The translations under genes and the position numbers were made by a program. This document shows, piece by piece, positions 48,254-62,100 of a stretch of DNA of 64,000 bases (the stretch's first letter is position 1; each line of letters starts with the position of its first letter). Origin of the DNA: Phoronis australis (Eukaryota; Animalia; Phoronida); the NCBI GenBank assembly GCA_002633005.1, contig NMRA01000122.1, forward strand, positions 276,171 through 340,170. Direction: 5' to 3'. The notes under the pieces are model-generated. The model did no database searches. It had not been told where the DNA came from and worked only from the letters and a program-made list of their open reading frames with translations.

Positions 48254-49817
48254 CCGGAATTTTCCGTAGATAAGCCCATGGGTGTGTATTCGGAAAATGA
48301 AAATTTCCAGGCATTTTAGTAAAACTAAATAAACACCCGGGCACTTACTCGGACTAAAAGGAGTGCATGTAAACGGAAAGTCATAGTTTTGCCAACTTTA
48401 ACATTTCTTACTTAAGACTGTATTTTTAAATTTTATGTTAATAAATCCATAATTTGCCAACACCTTGCTCGGGTAGCAGCTAGTGGGAAACGCCGAGGGG
48501 AAATAGCTACACTTACATGCCGTGAATAATGCGCTTACACAAAAGACACGCTTTTCTAAAAATATGCGTGACTTTTCACCTCATCGTGAAACTTAAAAAT
48601 AGAGCTAACGGCCTGCAGGGGTGCATGCAGAATCTGGGAATGAACCGACTCTCACATTGCCAGTTACAACCGTTTATAGAAGTAAAAAAACAATCTAATA
48701 AACATTATTTTCCATATCCGCCTTTTGTAACTAAGAAAAAATTGTTGTCGTTTCGGGCAAAACAGTGCCTACTCGTGACACGCTCACGTAAGCGCCGTTT
48801 CCTAAAATTATGCGATATCTCTCAAGAGTTTGTTATGAAATTGGGTTTTCTGGTATTAAAATATTAAAAATTTGTAACAAAATAAAACCACTTCCAATTG
48901 TTATGACATGTACGCAACCTCACAGCTGATTGAAGAACATGGAAATTGGCTAATAGGTGACGGAATGGTGCCTAACAGAGCGCATTGCAATTTTAGCAGC
49001 AGAATAACTGTAGACCGCCAATTTTCCAACATCGGTAAATAATTTACTCTACTCAAGGAAGAGTGAAATTTTTTTAATGAGGCACCATTAATTTTTGCAG
49101 CGACAGGCCCGATGAATTGCGACAGAAGCCCGAGGGAGTGAAATTAAGCCGACGGAGTGATGTCATCCAGGCCGTTGAGCCGGCGAACTGACGTCACCAC
49201 ACCCAGTACGAAACTGGCTACCCTCCCTCCGCGTCCACGAAAAAACGGCCCGCGAGAAAAAAATAGAACACCTCCAATCCAAATAGGGGGCCGGTGCAAT
49301 ACCTGGGACCAAGTTGGTGCCGAAACGGGCACAACGAAGGTCTGTAGTGGAGCGGGGGAGACGAAGTTTGTGCAAACTATGCATTTTATATAATAAATGC
49401 TCCATAAAACTGACTTTATGACAAAAATTTGACTGGGAGTGGGCTTTTAAGAGGAATATTTCTGAATAAATGCCCCACTATCTGGACACTTGACACCAGA
49501 AGTTGTAACACCAAATAAAGGCCCATGGGCGTTTATTTTTGCACAACGAAGGTCTGTAGTGGAGCGGGGGAGACGGAGTTTGTGCAAACTATGCATTTTA
49601 TATAATAAATGCTCCATAAAACTGAATTTATGACAAAAATTTGACTGGGAGTGGGCTTTTAAAAGGAATATTTCTGAATAAACGCCCCACTATCTGGACA
49701 CTTGACACCAGAAGTTGTAACACCAAATAAAGGCCCATGGGCGTTTATTTTGCATAATTTTTCGAATAAACGTCCATGGGCGTTTTATCGGGTGAGCTTA
49801 TCTATGGAAAATTCCGG
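48254..49817. mobile_element. Non-autonomous Tc1/mariner-pogo-like DNA transposon (TA TSD)
   Basis: ta|CCGGAATTTTCCGTAGATAAGC ... GCTTATCTATGGAAAATTCCGG|ta; subterminal CCCATGGGCGTTTATT repeats; no transposase ORF seen. Confidence 0.82.
49329..49752. repeat. 212-bp near-perfect tandem duplication inside the TA-TSD element
   Basis: gcacaacgaaggtctgtagtggagcggggg starts at 49329 and 49541. Confidence 0.92.
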
Positions 49818-50134
49818 TAACACGATGAGTTGTTGCACAACATCATAGAACTTAGATGTTCTACACTGAATGGTAGAAACTGCACACTACGTGCTGCAGC
49901 TAAAACAACAGCTAAAACAATAGCCCACCTGTGTATTCTCATCAAGTCACATGGTGCCTTAGCCCACCAGAGACCCTTCCACTTTCTGTTCTGATTTTAA
50001 TCAAACAAAAGTAATAGCACCCTCCACAAAGTCGTGTTGCACCACACCACGTGAATACAGACACACATTGACCAAGAGCCGACATGTGTACAGTTAAGCA
50101 TTCACTCACCATCTGATGATTTTAGATGAAACCT

Positions 50135-53100
50135 TTAGTGTCTCTGTGACAGTGCAGCTAAAGGCAAGGAAGCAACTTGTTACACAGAGCGATTAGTTAA
50201 AATTACGGCAACAACTGTTTACCTATTTTCCTATTTCCACAAGTGCCTATCACTCCATTCAGGCAGCTAGGAATCGCTGACTTGGTATCTTTTGTCTGTT
50301 GACGCTGGTCTGAAACAGACATCCTTCCTGATGCGTCTGCTTTTTTCAAGGCAAATGAAGTCTTGCTGGATGTGCCGCCATAGTGAGTTGCCATGACCAC
50401 CGTGTTATTCCCAGACGGCACTACCTTACTGTATCCACGCCACATCCCGTGGTGATCACCAGGTGGTGCTTTACTCCCACTTCCACTGCGGCTTTCCAGA
50501 CGTCTCTTCAGCAAGCGGGCTATTTTGCTCTTCCACTGAGCTTGTTGGGAATCAGTTCTTCTGCCGTGCAGTAACTTGGACTAATGGAAGAAATGTTCAC
50601 AAGGTTCAATTTTTGTTGTTGATTGACACACGTCGAATTCTGTTCATGGTACATTCAAGGAACACTCACTTAAGCTGTACAAAATAGATGCATCGAACAG
50701 TTTCTTAACATTTGTTTAAAGCAGTTAATAAACCCGCCTTCCATCGCAAAACCCATTCTTCTGATCAAGACCTTTAACGTTACGAAATCGGTCTCAATTA
50801 ATGCACTGCCTAATTAATGGTAAATTCAGAAAGAATTTACAGTAAATTGGTTATTGCTTGATACCAGATGGTTCATCACAGCGTGTCATTTTAAGCATTG
50901 AGCCTGAATGAATAAACTATCAGTTCTTAGCAAGCTCAGGAATCACTAATTCTTATCTTAGTACTAAAGCTGCCAGTGTTGAAGTCTTAAGCACAGTGCT
51001 TTGGGCTTCAAAAACATTATCACACTCGTCCGGTCTTGAATTGTGGCCGAATGAGTTACAAGTTACAAGAAATGTGTACACGCGCCATTTTCAAATTTGT
51101 AATTTTAGGACTGGGCAACCCCAATTAAGTGTTTTTGTTGGTTTGAGGTTTTTGTTGGTAACAGGAACAGAGTATCATATCACGATGACGCAAATTATGA
51201 CTGATTTTGTGAGAAAGGCTTAATTCGATTTTTATATTTTGGCCAACTAAACAGGGAGATATTCAGATTTAATTGGCCTAAATCAAAGAATCGCTTCTAT
51301 GATGGAACAAAAGTTTATTGATGCTTAAAGTCCAAAAAGCAGCAACTCCGAATTACAATTAAAACAAGTGATAAGTTTGTATGAGCAATTTATAGCGACA
51401 CAAGTTATCAATGTACACCACTTCATTTACATAGCATAATTGAGTAAAATTAAGAGTATTATTAGGAATACTATGTACTTTTCAGAAAAACAGGATAAAT
51501 GAAGTTCTAAAAGAACAGATTACGTGTAACTTTTCAATGCTAGTCCTTTATCTGTGACACTGTATATAGTATGCGTATAAACAAAATGTTCATTATCTTG
51601 GTTGCAAAACTTGAATTTAGGCCAGGCTACTTTTGGACTAAGGACACTTTTTAAGATGAAGGAGATTCTTTTTTTTGTTTCTTCAGAGAAAGAAACATTC
51701 CGCTAGAGCACTGTTTTTGCTATTTAAAGCCACAAATAATAATTAGGTCAAATCAAAGTTACTAATTACAAACTAGAATAAATAAACTTGAATTAATTAT
51801 TTAAGTCAAGGCCAATCTACCAAGCCATCAGTCAGTCCAAACTGTAACATCCAAAATTAGGAACGCAAACTCTATGCATGAAAAACCTAATGACGGGCTT
51901 TCACCGGTGCCAAAAACAAATTTCTATCCCGTTGTATGCGGCTTTAAGAAATTGAAAATACAGTGGAACTAAACCTATAAAGCAGCGTCCGTCGTGTGTT
52001 TGATCAAGTTTGTGCAAAACAAACCAACTGGGAGATACGTCCAAATAAGTTTGTGCCAACTTCACAATTACCAAGCACTGGATTCAAAAGGCAAAAAAGC
52101 TTGGAATTTTACAGATTCAAACTCAATCATCCAAACTCAACTCGCAAGTTCAGCATGTTTGATCTCGTGGATGCATCACAAAGGCAACACCATCTTTTTC
52201 ATCATTTTAAAGTGAAATCAATTAATTTTATTGCTATGACCATAGGGTTGGGGGCCAAAACTAAAAAATGGCATTGGCATGTGTTCCTGAAGTTTACGTG
52301 CACATTTCGCCTTCAGCAGGGTTTGAACATGAACATGCAATTTTTCTCTAAATGTTCTTCCTGGCAACAAATTGGCTGTTGTCAGGAAAATTTCAAAACA
52401 AATACTGAAGGCGAGTAAAGTGCCCGAGGTTGGACTTTGTTTTTTGAGCAGCTGTATAAGCAGACGGAAATACAGTTATAAGCAAAAGTTGCTCAGTCAT
52501 GGGCGGCGCAGCACTGAAAAAAGTGGGGGGCTAAAGCCCCCTCAGTCCCACTGTGGTGCACCGCCTATAGACCATGTGCGGCGTAGCACTGAAAAAAGTG
52601 GGGGGCTATAGCCCCTCCCTGCCCCCTATGGTGTGCCGCCCATGTCAGTGCTGGTGACAAATATTACCAAAGGAAACAAAACGTCAACAAAATAGCTAAC
52701 CTAACAGAAGGCAATAACAGCATGAGCAGCAGTAGCAGCGGTGAGTCAAGCCTCTGCTACCTTGGTCTGTGATGAGATATTGGACTCTGATCCACCCTCA
52801 GGTGAACCAACTGGCTCTACACCTGTGATAGAAGGACAACAGACAATTAATGTACGTTTCCATTATGCTACATATTTACTAAAAAGTCATGGTTATGCGA
52901 CCCAATTAATAAATAGCAGATTGATATAAATTCAAAAATCAAATTAGTCTGGCTTTCTACTTTTGCAAAACATATACTTGTACTAAGTTAAAATCTATAG
53001 GTTTGTTTGGCTATATACACCAATAGCAGATAAAGTCCTACACAACCTTCATCCTCCAGACTGTATATTTTGGGTCTGCACATAAGAGAGAGTAACTGGC

Positions 53101-56100
53101 TTAAATATCGTAACTCCCTGCTATGATCACATCTTTAATGACTTCGTTTTCGTACCAAACTGCACTGGATCACGTGTTCTCACCTGTCTTGCCTTTAGCT
53201 CCATCTACTGGTAGTTTCCTTATATTTTCTGAATAAACGGGAATGCTGCAACCACACAAAAGTAATGAATTTTCTGATCAGATAAAATAAAATTCAAAAT
53301 TAGCCATAACCAACTGTTAACACACAGGAAACATTTTTGGGAATCATTTTAAAACAAATTGTGTAAATATTTTGTATATATAAATTCTTTCTTAAAAAAT
53401 AATTTAACCAATGAAATCCATTTCATCACTAGAACGCATCTTTTTCGCATATACCACTTCATCATATAGCTCTCTAGCATAGTTTACTTTCATGTACAAT
53501 ATGCTAACACAGTGAAAATAGTACGACATAGTTCACACTTCCAAGAAGAAACTTGACAACGTAATCTATGTGCATCTGCTAGTCATGCTGGGCCAGAATA
53601 TTATTGGTATTGAGGGCTCAGTTTAAAACTCTACAATTTACCATAGTCCTGCACATTGCTACATTGTGAGGACAATGTCTGTCATGCCTCAACTGTCTTA
53701 TGGTACTGCAGTGCAAACCAAAAATAATTGCACAAAATTCCGTTTCCCCCTGACAACAGGTAATGTGACCTGTCATTTCAGCTGCTCTCAAAAGATAAAA
53801 ATTTGGCTTTAAACTGGCTCAGTGGTCACAATGATAAAGTCCAGGTAACTTTGCTCTGGGCTTTTTAGAGAATACTTTGTTCCGCGAACGATAGGTATCG
53901 CTATAGGACTTCCTTTCGCTACTCGCTTCAACCCACGATTGTGCTGTCAAACTCTTTTATTGGTAAATAAGACTATTTTAAGCCGTATTTCACATAGTAG
54001 AACGTACTTTATCATATCGTTAGGCTAAGTCCTGCTTTTGTTTATTTACAGATCCTCTTCATTCTAATAAAGACGATCTTTGAAATAACTATATGTTTAT
54101 TTACTTTTGATGTAGATAGCAAACATCCAGTCTTACACAGTCATTACTATCGCATACACCAAACATCCAGTCTTACACGGTCATTACCATCGCATAAAGC
54201 AAACATCCTGTCTTACACGGTAATTACCATCACATAAAGCAAACATCCAGTCTTACATGGTCCTTACCATCGCATACAGCAAACATCCAGTCCTACATGG
54301 TCATTACCATCGCATACAGCAAACATCCAGTCTTACACGGTCATTACCATCGCATAAAGCAAATTAACATCCAGTCTTACATGGTCATTACCATCCCATA
54401 CAGCAAACATCCAGTCTTACACCGTCATTACCATCACATAAAGCAAACATCCAGTTTTACAAAGTCATTACCATCGCATACACTAAACATCCAGTTTTAC
54501 ATCGTGGTCATTACCATTGCATACAACAAACACCAGGCCTTTCATGGTCATTACTATCAACCCAGTCACAGCACCAGTGCAAAGCATTGTCCTCAAAAAC
54601 ACTTTTTATCCTGTATTAGGAGTCCCAATTGACTGCCACTAAAACAGGTATTAGGTTATTTGATAGTTGCAAATGGCTGGAAAATTGCCCCCAGGTCCCT
54701 ACTGGCATAGTGTGCTATTCGAGTTGTTCCACATTAACATTTACTGGTTTCACCAAGTTGTAGAAAGTGAGTGGTCTTGAGTGACTGTATGGGTTTAAAA
54801 GTTCACTGCCTTGGTTCTGTAATATATTGTATTTGAGAGAAGGATACCACAGTTTTGAGGTTTTTTTAGAAATGTGCAGTGTGTTATAGATTTAGCCACC
54901 ATTGCAGAGCATTACACAAGAACAGGGCAAACTTTCAATCATTGACCTACAATACAAGTAGATCTCTTTTAGTGGAGGTATCAATGTCACATTGACTAGC
55001 ATGTGTGTACCTTGGACGACTGGTGCTAGGCGAAGTGTGCAGTGTACTCTCCGGAGAAGGCAATAAGACGGACGAAGGGCATGCAGCGTCATCTGTGGGA
55101 GAGGAAAGACACAGCAGCTCACTAGTCTAGTGACAAGCATCAACTGAAGCAGTGATGCCCTGGTTGATCAGGCAACGACGAACATTAAAGCTAAAGAGTC
55201 TAGACAGTGTTCTACATAGGCACACACAACAAGATCAAGTCTATGCTACAGTAGATTGTACTACACCAACACTTCTTAAAGCAGAACTACTCTCACTGAT
55301 ATACCAGCATTCGCAAATTTAAACACTGTTAAGCAAGCAGAAGCAACACCTTATCTTTCTTTAAACTACTGAATTTGAATGCCAAGGAAAATGAAGCTAA
55401 ATTTCCACTGTACGCTGTTCATTTATTTCCAAAAAAATGATAATGAAAGCACCCAAACAGAAAAGTGTCAATTGAAATCAAACACGCGTCAGGTTGCCAT
55501 AGCGATACAGAAAAGTGCCAGTAAACACCAATTTTGACACAGCGTGTTTTACTGCAATCCAATGTCTGTCAATGTGTTACAATTATTTGCAGTAGAGTTA
55601 CGTGCGTCAGCTGCTACAGTACAGTGCAGTGCACTGGCAATAGCAGTCAATCGTGCAGCACTGTAACTGGACATCAAAACTTCATGAATTACAGTACAGC
55701 CAGCGCATCAAGACTATGACCAAAGTGTAATGATACACAGGGCTTTTAACGAATGTGTAGGTACATTCATGTCAATGGCACCTTACGTAAAGTGTAGGCC
55801 TGTTATTAGAACAACATCACTGTTTTACAGTAAGATGCAGTCTCATGCCGCGCTCAATTTTGGCAATTTGTCAAAAAAGATATGTGGCACCGAGTGAATG
55901 CTCTACTATTCTCAAGTTCTGCACCTAGCAACCAGTGGATAATATTTGCGGAAATTACAGACATTCACAACAGTGTTAGAAGACTTGCCATGACAAAACT
56001 AAAAAAGAGCAATTATGTCAATAATTTTTGTCAGAAATCATTGAGGTTTTATTCTTTATATATGTCAGATATGTAGTTGGTTACCTAGTGTGCAATCTGA

Positions 56101-59100
56101 CACCAGACTACGTAGCCTGGCAACATTTCCCGTCACATTGTCCCTAGACACTGGGTTACCAGCAGCACCATTGGCTCTCTTGGAACACAGAAGGTGGCGC
56201 TGTTTCACCATCACCCTGTTGTGCTCGTCAATGTTCTTGCCTGATGACGTCGCTCGACTCACTGGCAGGTGCCCTCCCCCACTTGAGTCACCTGCTTCGT
56301 GAGAGTAGCTCCGCAGAAGACTGCAACGTAATGTTGCATTGGTCAACTTATCTTCATCAGAGAGATTATGACTGTCCAGACTCTCACTGTAGGCAAACGA
56401 CATTCTGGACAATCTTGGGTTGTCATCAGTAACGAACTTATCCTCCAGACCCGACACCTTCCAGGACCTTGGGGGTACAGAGTTAGAAAAACATCTAACT
56501 GGGATCTTACTAGTCCAAGCAGTTGGAGAGGTGATGGAGCTATCACTGCCAATGTGTGTATCCTCAGGCGAGGCATGTGGAGCCAGCGACAGGCTACACT
56601 GTGTGTCCGGCTCACACAGGTCTTCCAGCACTAGGTTACCCGTGTACTGTTCGTCAACTTCATTGCAGGGTGGAACCACCAACACAGGGTCACTGTCTAC
56701 AGTGCTGAGTTCAAATTCTTGGTTCTCCTCAGCACAGCTGGTGGTGGCATTCGAGTCAACTGACCTAGGCGTGGTTTCTGGTGTCGAGTCCAACGAGCTA
56801 CAGGCTGCGGGCAACATCAACCTCTCAAGGTGTGGCTGGTGTCTGCTCTCCTCATTTCTTGATAATGACGAGAACAATTTGTGTCGCATTTGTTCCAGCC
56901 GAGATAATCGGATGTCTTTGGCCTTCCCAGAAGACAAACATTCGTTTGAAGAAGGAACACTCTCTCGCTGAAATAGAAAACATACATTGTGTTTTTATGC
57001 CCACAGTGTAAATTTCTGAGAAGACTAACCAGGACAAAAGGATCATCATTCTTCGGTGTGGCAATTACACAAATAATGGCAAGAAAAATCAAAGATGTGT
57101 GGAAGCAATTGCTGACATACAAATTAACACTCTAGCGCCAAGTCGTCTTAAATGAAAGTAATACAATCCGTAAGAACAATATGCAGTTGATGCGCCTGTT
57201 TTTAAACTTAATTTTAGGGTTGGCCAATCCCTGGGATAAGATCTAACAAGAGAAATATCACAAGGGAGAAAATGTGTCTACGACTGCACCGCAAACGGTA
57301 CGCTTCTACTGGAGTTTACTAGTATCATAACAATGGCCACTGGGTCGAGTAAAATACGTTAAACGCGTGCAAAAATGGGAAGGTGTGGTCACATCCCGAA
57401 TAGAAAGCTATTTGCTAAAATTCATAAAATCAGTCATGGATTAGAGGTGAACAATGCAGAAAAACAAATTGTCATTAGGAGGCAAAGTGGTACGGTCTGA
57501 CGTGTCTTGTTAAGTTAATAGGAACATACTTGCCAAACCTCCAAAAGATGATGTAAAGGTATTTAGGAGATACAACTGCAGATGCAAAAAAACATCCCTA
57601 GGGGCCACAAAGTAGTTGGGCCTACCGAAAATCATCGTCAGTCGAGCTTTTGTCAGTAAGAATACATCTGTCGATGCTCAGGATCCATTGAGCGATTTGG
57701 TAGATGCAGAGGCAGACGACTTGAAAATAATAAAAATGGCCACTAGGTGGGGCTTGGAGGGGGTAAATAGTCCACAAAGTAGCTTAGAATTTTACAGAAC
57801 AGTTGTAGACCATGGTGTCGTTCATAAGCAATAAGCAGTTCTTTGTGAGCCCTGCTCTTAGTCATAAAACTGTCTCCGAGCTGCACTATGTAACTAAACA
57901 CAGCTTAACAAAGGGTTTATGGTGCTGGTTTTATTACCACATGTAGATTATGAATAGCCTAGCACAGAATGAAGGTGGTGCAGAATATGTTGAATTCATC
58001 CAAAAATAGAAAGCTGTTGTCGCCGTCACCATAGAAACTAGTTTGTCAAAAAATATTACAAACTGTTAAAGAACTCTGAAGACTGAAATTGCCACAAGGC
58101 AGTACAGCGCTAAGTTAGCCCAAAGTTATGGGCACCTGTTGTCACATTTACAAGATAATACTTGCAAAATAGAAATAGAAACTTATCACGGCGAGGAAAA
58201 TTATGAGACCTATTTTATGAGAGTAAACCGACTTATTTGATTTTTGTTTTTTACTCAAGACAGCTAAACAGGGTAAAATATTGCTATAATTACTGTTACA
58301 CAAAATCAGTCGAACCTTGACAGATGTTGACAGAACTTGGGCAGATGATACTGAACAACTAGCCTTGCGCTGATTATCAGGGAGGTCACATGACATGCAC
58401 CGCCTGTCACTGTTGTGTCGACTGCGACTCTGTCTGTAGGTGGGGCTGCGTGTCTGTGCCAGGTGGCTGTAATCTGTAAAGGAGGTCACGAGCATGCTTT
58501 TTTACAAAAGTTTGCATACAGCAATGAGGTAATGAAGACAAGACTGATCCCAGTGAATAAAATAGTCACCAAATGCTCTAAAAACCTCAAAATTCAGTAA
58601 CTGGTAACAGTTTTTCATTTGCAGCTATGCAATAACTGAGTGACCCAGGAAATTTTCAATTTTATCCAAATTCTAAACACAAAACTATCAAAAACTGCAT
58701 GACTGGGCATGATATTAGAACAGTTGTGTCTCATAGACCACACTGACCAATAGGAAACATTCTATATACAATTGTTAGGCCTTGTGAGAGCAAAAAGCAT
58801 GGGACATTTTTGTGCAAATTGTCTGAATATCTCACTGCACAAAAGTGGTAATTTAACAGCATAGCGATATCATAAATCACTGGGTAGCATTCCATTGAGT
58901 GTCAAACCATACAAGAATGCAAAACGCTGTCCACCAGCTACACTATCATCATCTAGCTACAAGGCGCATTTCCTCATGTCGCTATATCGGAAAGTGGCTA
59001 TTAGAAGCTGCGAAGCTGAAGCCATCATCTACCTCTGGAATGCTTTGAGCTCCTCAGCGATCCATGACCCGAGCTTGACCTTGAGCTACCTGTAAACTCA

Positions 59101-62100
59101 GGGCTAGGGGTCCAGCTGTGCCGCATGCGAAATACCTCGGGCGTACACTGGGCACTGGTGGAGGGCAGGCTGCCGTCAATAGAGGAGAGTGCACTGTCAC
59201 GTCTCAGACCTACGTCCTGCTCATCACCTGTAAAATGCATAAATCAGGAGACTGTAGAACTGTTACCACAAACTGTAGCCACCCACGGCCCTCAACTTTG
59301 AACTTTTGCTTAATATTTAGACAATCACATGAGTTCAGCATTGAACTAAACAATAACACCATATAAAACCAATTCTGCCATTTCAACTCTATATACATTT
59401 GGCTTGCTTTATCATTACTTACAGATGGACTACAAGAATAAGAAACTGAGTTTACTATCTATCTCAGTTACCAGCACTAATATTTCCTTGTAGACATGAA
59501 ATTTTAAGACATTACTGATCAGAGAAATGCTTATGCAGCAATGAAGATCTCAGTATTTCCTCTTGGTTGCTGTAAATCCAGATCTACAGTTTTCTAGGGT
59601 TGTTTTCTTCCATTGGCTATGATCTTGAGTACCTTTGTGCGAAAAAAGTACCATTTTGGCTTCGATTTTTACCTCTAGAATACACAACCCTTCTCATTTT
59701 TAGAGAAGAACCCCTACCCATAATTCATTGAGTCAAAAGAATGAGGCAACTAAGGCTAAAATTACAGTCAACAAAGTTGACGTACTCTCTTGAACCTTGT
59801 GATGATCCAATAACATGTTGAACATGGCTGAAAGTTCATCTGAACGGAACTCATTCACCACCTTGTCAACGCTGGTCACATCCAGGTCCATAGCAGACGA
59901 CAGCTCCTCCACCACCTACAGAATGGATCTCTTTAGTTAAGGAAGTTAAAAACATAGAGACAGGTGACTATGTGACTATATGGCAGGCATGAGACACAAA
60001 AGACAATGAATTAAAGAGAAGAAATGGAATTTTTAAAAAACCATAATGTCAGATTACGATTGAAAACAAACACCCTAACAAGAAATTTTGAACAAAGAGA
60101 AAATGTTTATGATAGTGACATGTTCCTAAGAAATTACAAGATACACTATGACAAATGCAATGAACCCAACCTCTACTGACGGGCTTAGAAGTCACTTGAT
60201 AGAGAAGAAATTAGAAATCATACAACCAGCAGATGGAAACAACAGCTATACTCATCATAAAAGTCAACTTTTGGCCTTAAATGTAAAAAGTATCATTGAT
60301 CAGAGTAACATCTCCAGTAAATCTATCTCTTTCCGTACTAAAAGTTTGACATGAAAAAATAAAATGGAATTCATTTTCTACTCCAGTATTGCTCATGGGT
60401 CATATACACTCATCTAGTGTTCAATTTCTAAATCTTCCTACTTCTGTCACAAGTGAGAATGTGACGGTTCTAAATCTTCCTACTTCTGTCACAAGTGAGA
60501 ATGTGTCGGTTCTAAATTGAACAATGAGAGTTGGTTAACAATGGGAAATCTCTAACATACAGTCCCGTTTAGTAAACTGTTTTATGTAAAATGTAGGCTC
60601 TTAGTTTAGGTTTGTCCACCATCTATAACATTCCCTTTCATGTAATTGTTCTTATGCAATTTTGGAATCAGTATAGGCAAAAAATGTCAATATAAGTACA
60701 TACATATTTAATCTATAATCATTAATACAAATATGGTTTATGTTTACAATTCTGCATATTAGCTCAATTGCCAAAATGTGATTTGGGCAGAAGGGCATAT
60801 ATAGGGACAAATAAATTCTGGAAACGTGTTTTAGCATTTGTAATAAGTAAACCAAAATTTGATGCAAAAATCTTTAATAAAATATATGTTTTATTGGTCA
60901 TATGGCCTCAGATGTAATCATATGCTATACAGCGGTCATCTGAGGAGATTTATAAGAAGCTACATAAGACACCTGAATTGAAAGGTGTGTCAGCTGCTTA
61001 CGAACGGCATACTGTTAGTCATCTTGTGAATAGTAATTTTAAAGCATTTGCTAGACCTATAAGCGTGAAAAGTAATCCAAAGGCTAATATTAAGATTACC
61101 TGCGCTCTGAGAGCCTGATTGGGAGGTGGCGCCACATAGTGGTGGAATGGCCAATGCCCATTCCTGGTGATCCAAGTGTGTGCCTGCAGATCTCGTGATG
61201 TGATCCGGTCGTCAGGTTCAGGTTCTATTAAAGCCAGCAGAAGGTTCTGGCAGTCTGGCCAACCCAAGAGAAAACATCAGTCATACAACTGTATGAGACT
61301 GTTACAGTATAGTCCACATGAAGATTACAAGAACTATCAGTCTGATGAATATGATTATATTGCTATACAAAGGAAATTAAATCAAAATTAAAATAAGGAA
61401 AATACGACTAGTTTCAGGCTTCAAGGCCGGACACATCCTTGTTATATTTAAAGCTGCCACATATCAAAGGTTCTGTCACAAAAAACATGTAACTTAGACC
61501 ATTTACCACAGAACACTGGTCTCAAATTGTACCTTATTGACAGTAACAGTGATATCTACACGGTAATAAGCTCCAATCTGAATAAGGAACAATTTGAGAC
61601 CAATTTAATAGCACGTGAAAGTCAAAGTCTTTTCTTAACCATGAGAAGTACATTGTAGCTTTAACTGAGATGTCCAGGTAAGAATTTTATACACACCACA
61701 CGGTTTTTATTGTGTAATATGAGGAAGAGATGTGTAATATGAGGAAGAGATGTGTAATATGAGGAAGAGATGTGTAATATGAGGAAGAGATGTGTAATAT
61801 GAGGAAGAGATGTGTAATATGAGGAAGAGATGTGTAATATGAGGAAGAGATGTGTAATATGAGGAAGAGACGTGTAATATGAGGAAGAGATGTGTAATCC
61901 ATGTAAAAAACTGTCATGTTAGTGTATCAACCATGACAGTCTGTACCAGATGAGCCAGTGGTGAACATCATCCCCACAACAGCAGCACACAACACCCATG
62001 CTAACCATTGTTCACTCTACATTACCCACCTACCTAGTGTAAGCTGCGCCATCTCCTTGTAGTGCTGGGATACAAGACCCTTCTGAATCTGTTTCAACAG

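Noticed and set aside
56420-56971. 183-aa plus-strand ORF
   Set aside because: Antisense shadow of the large kinase tail exon.
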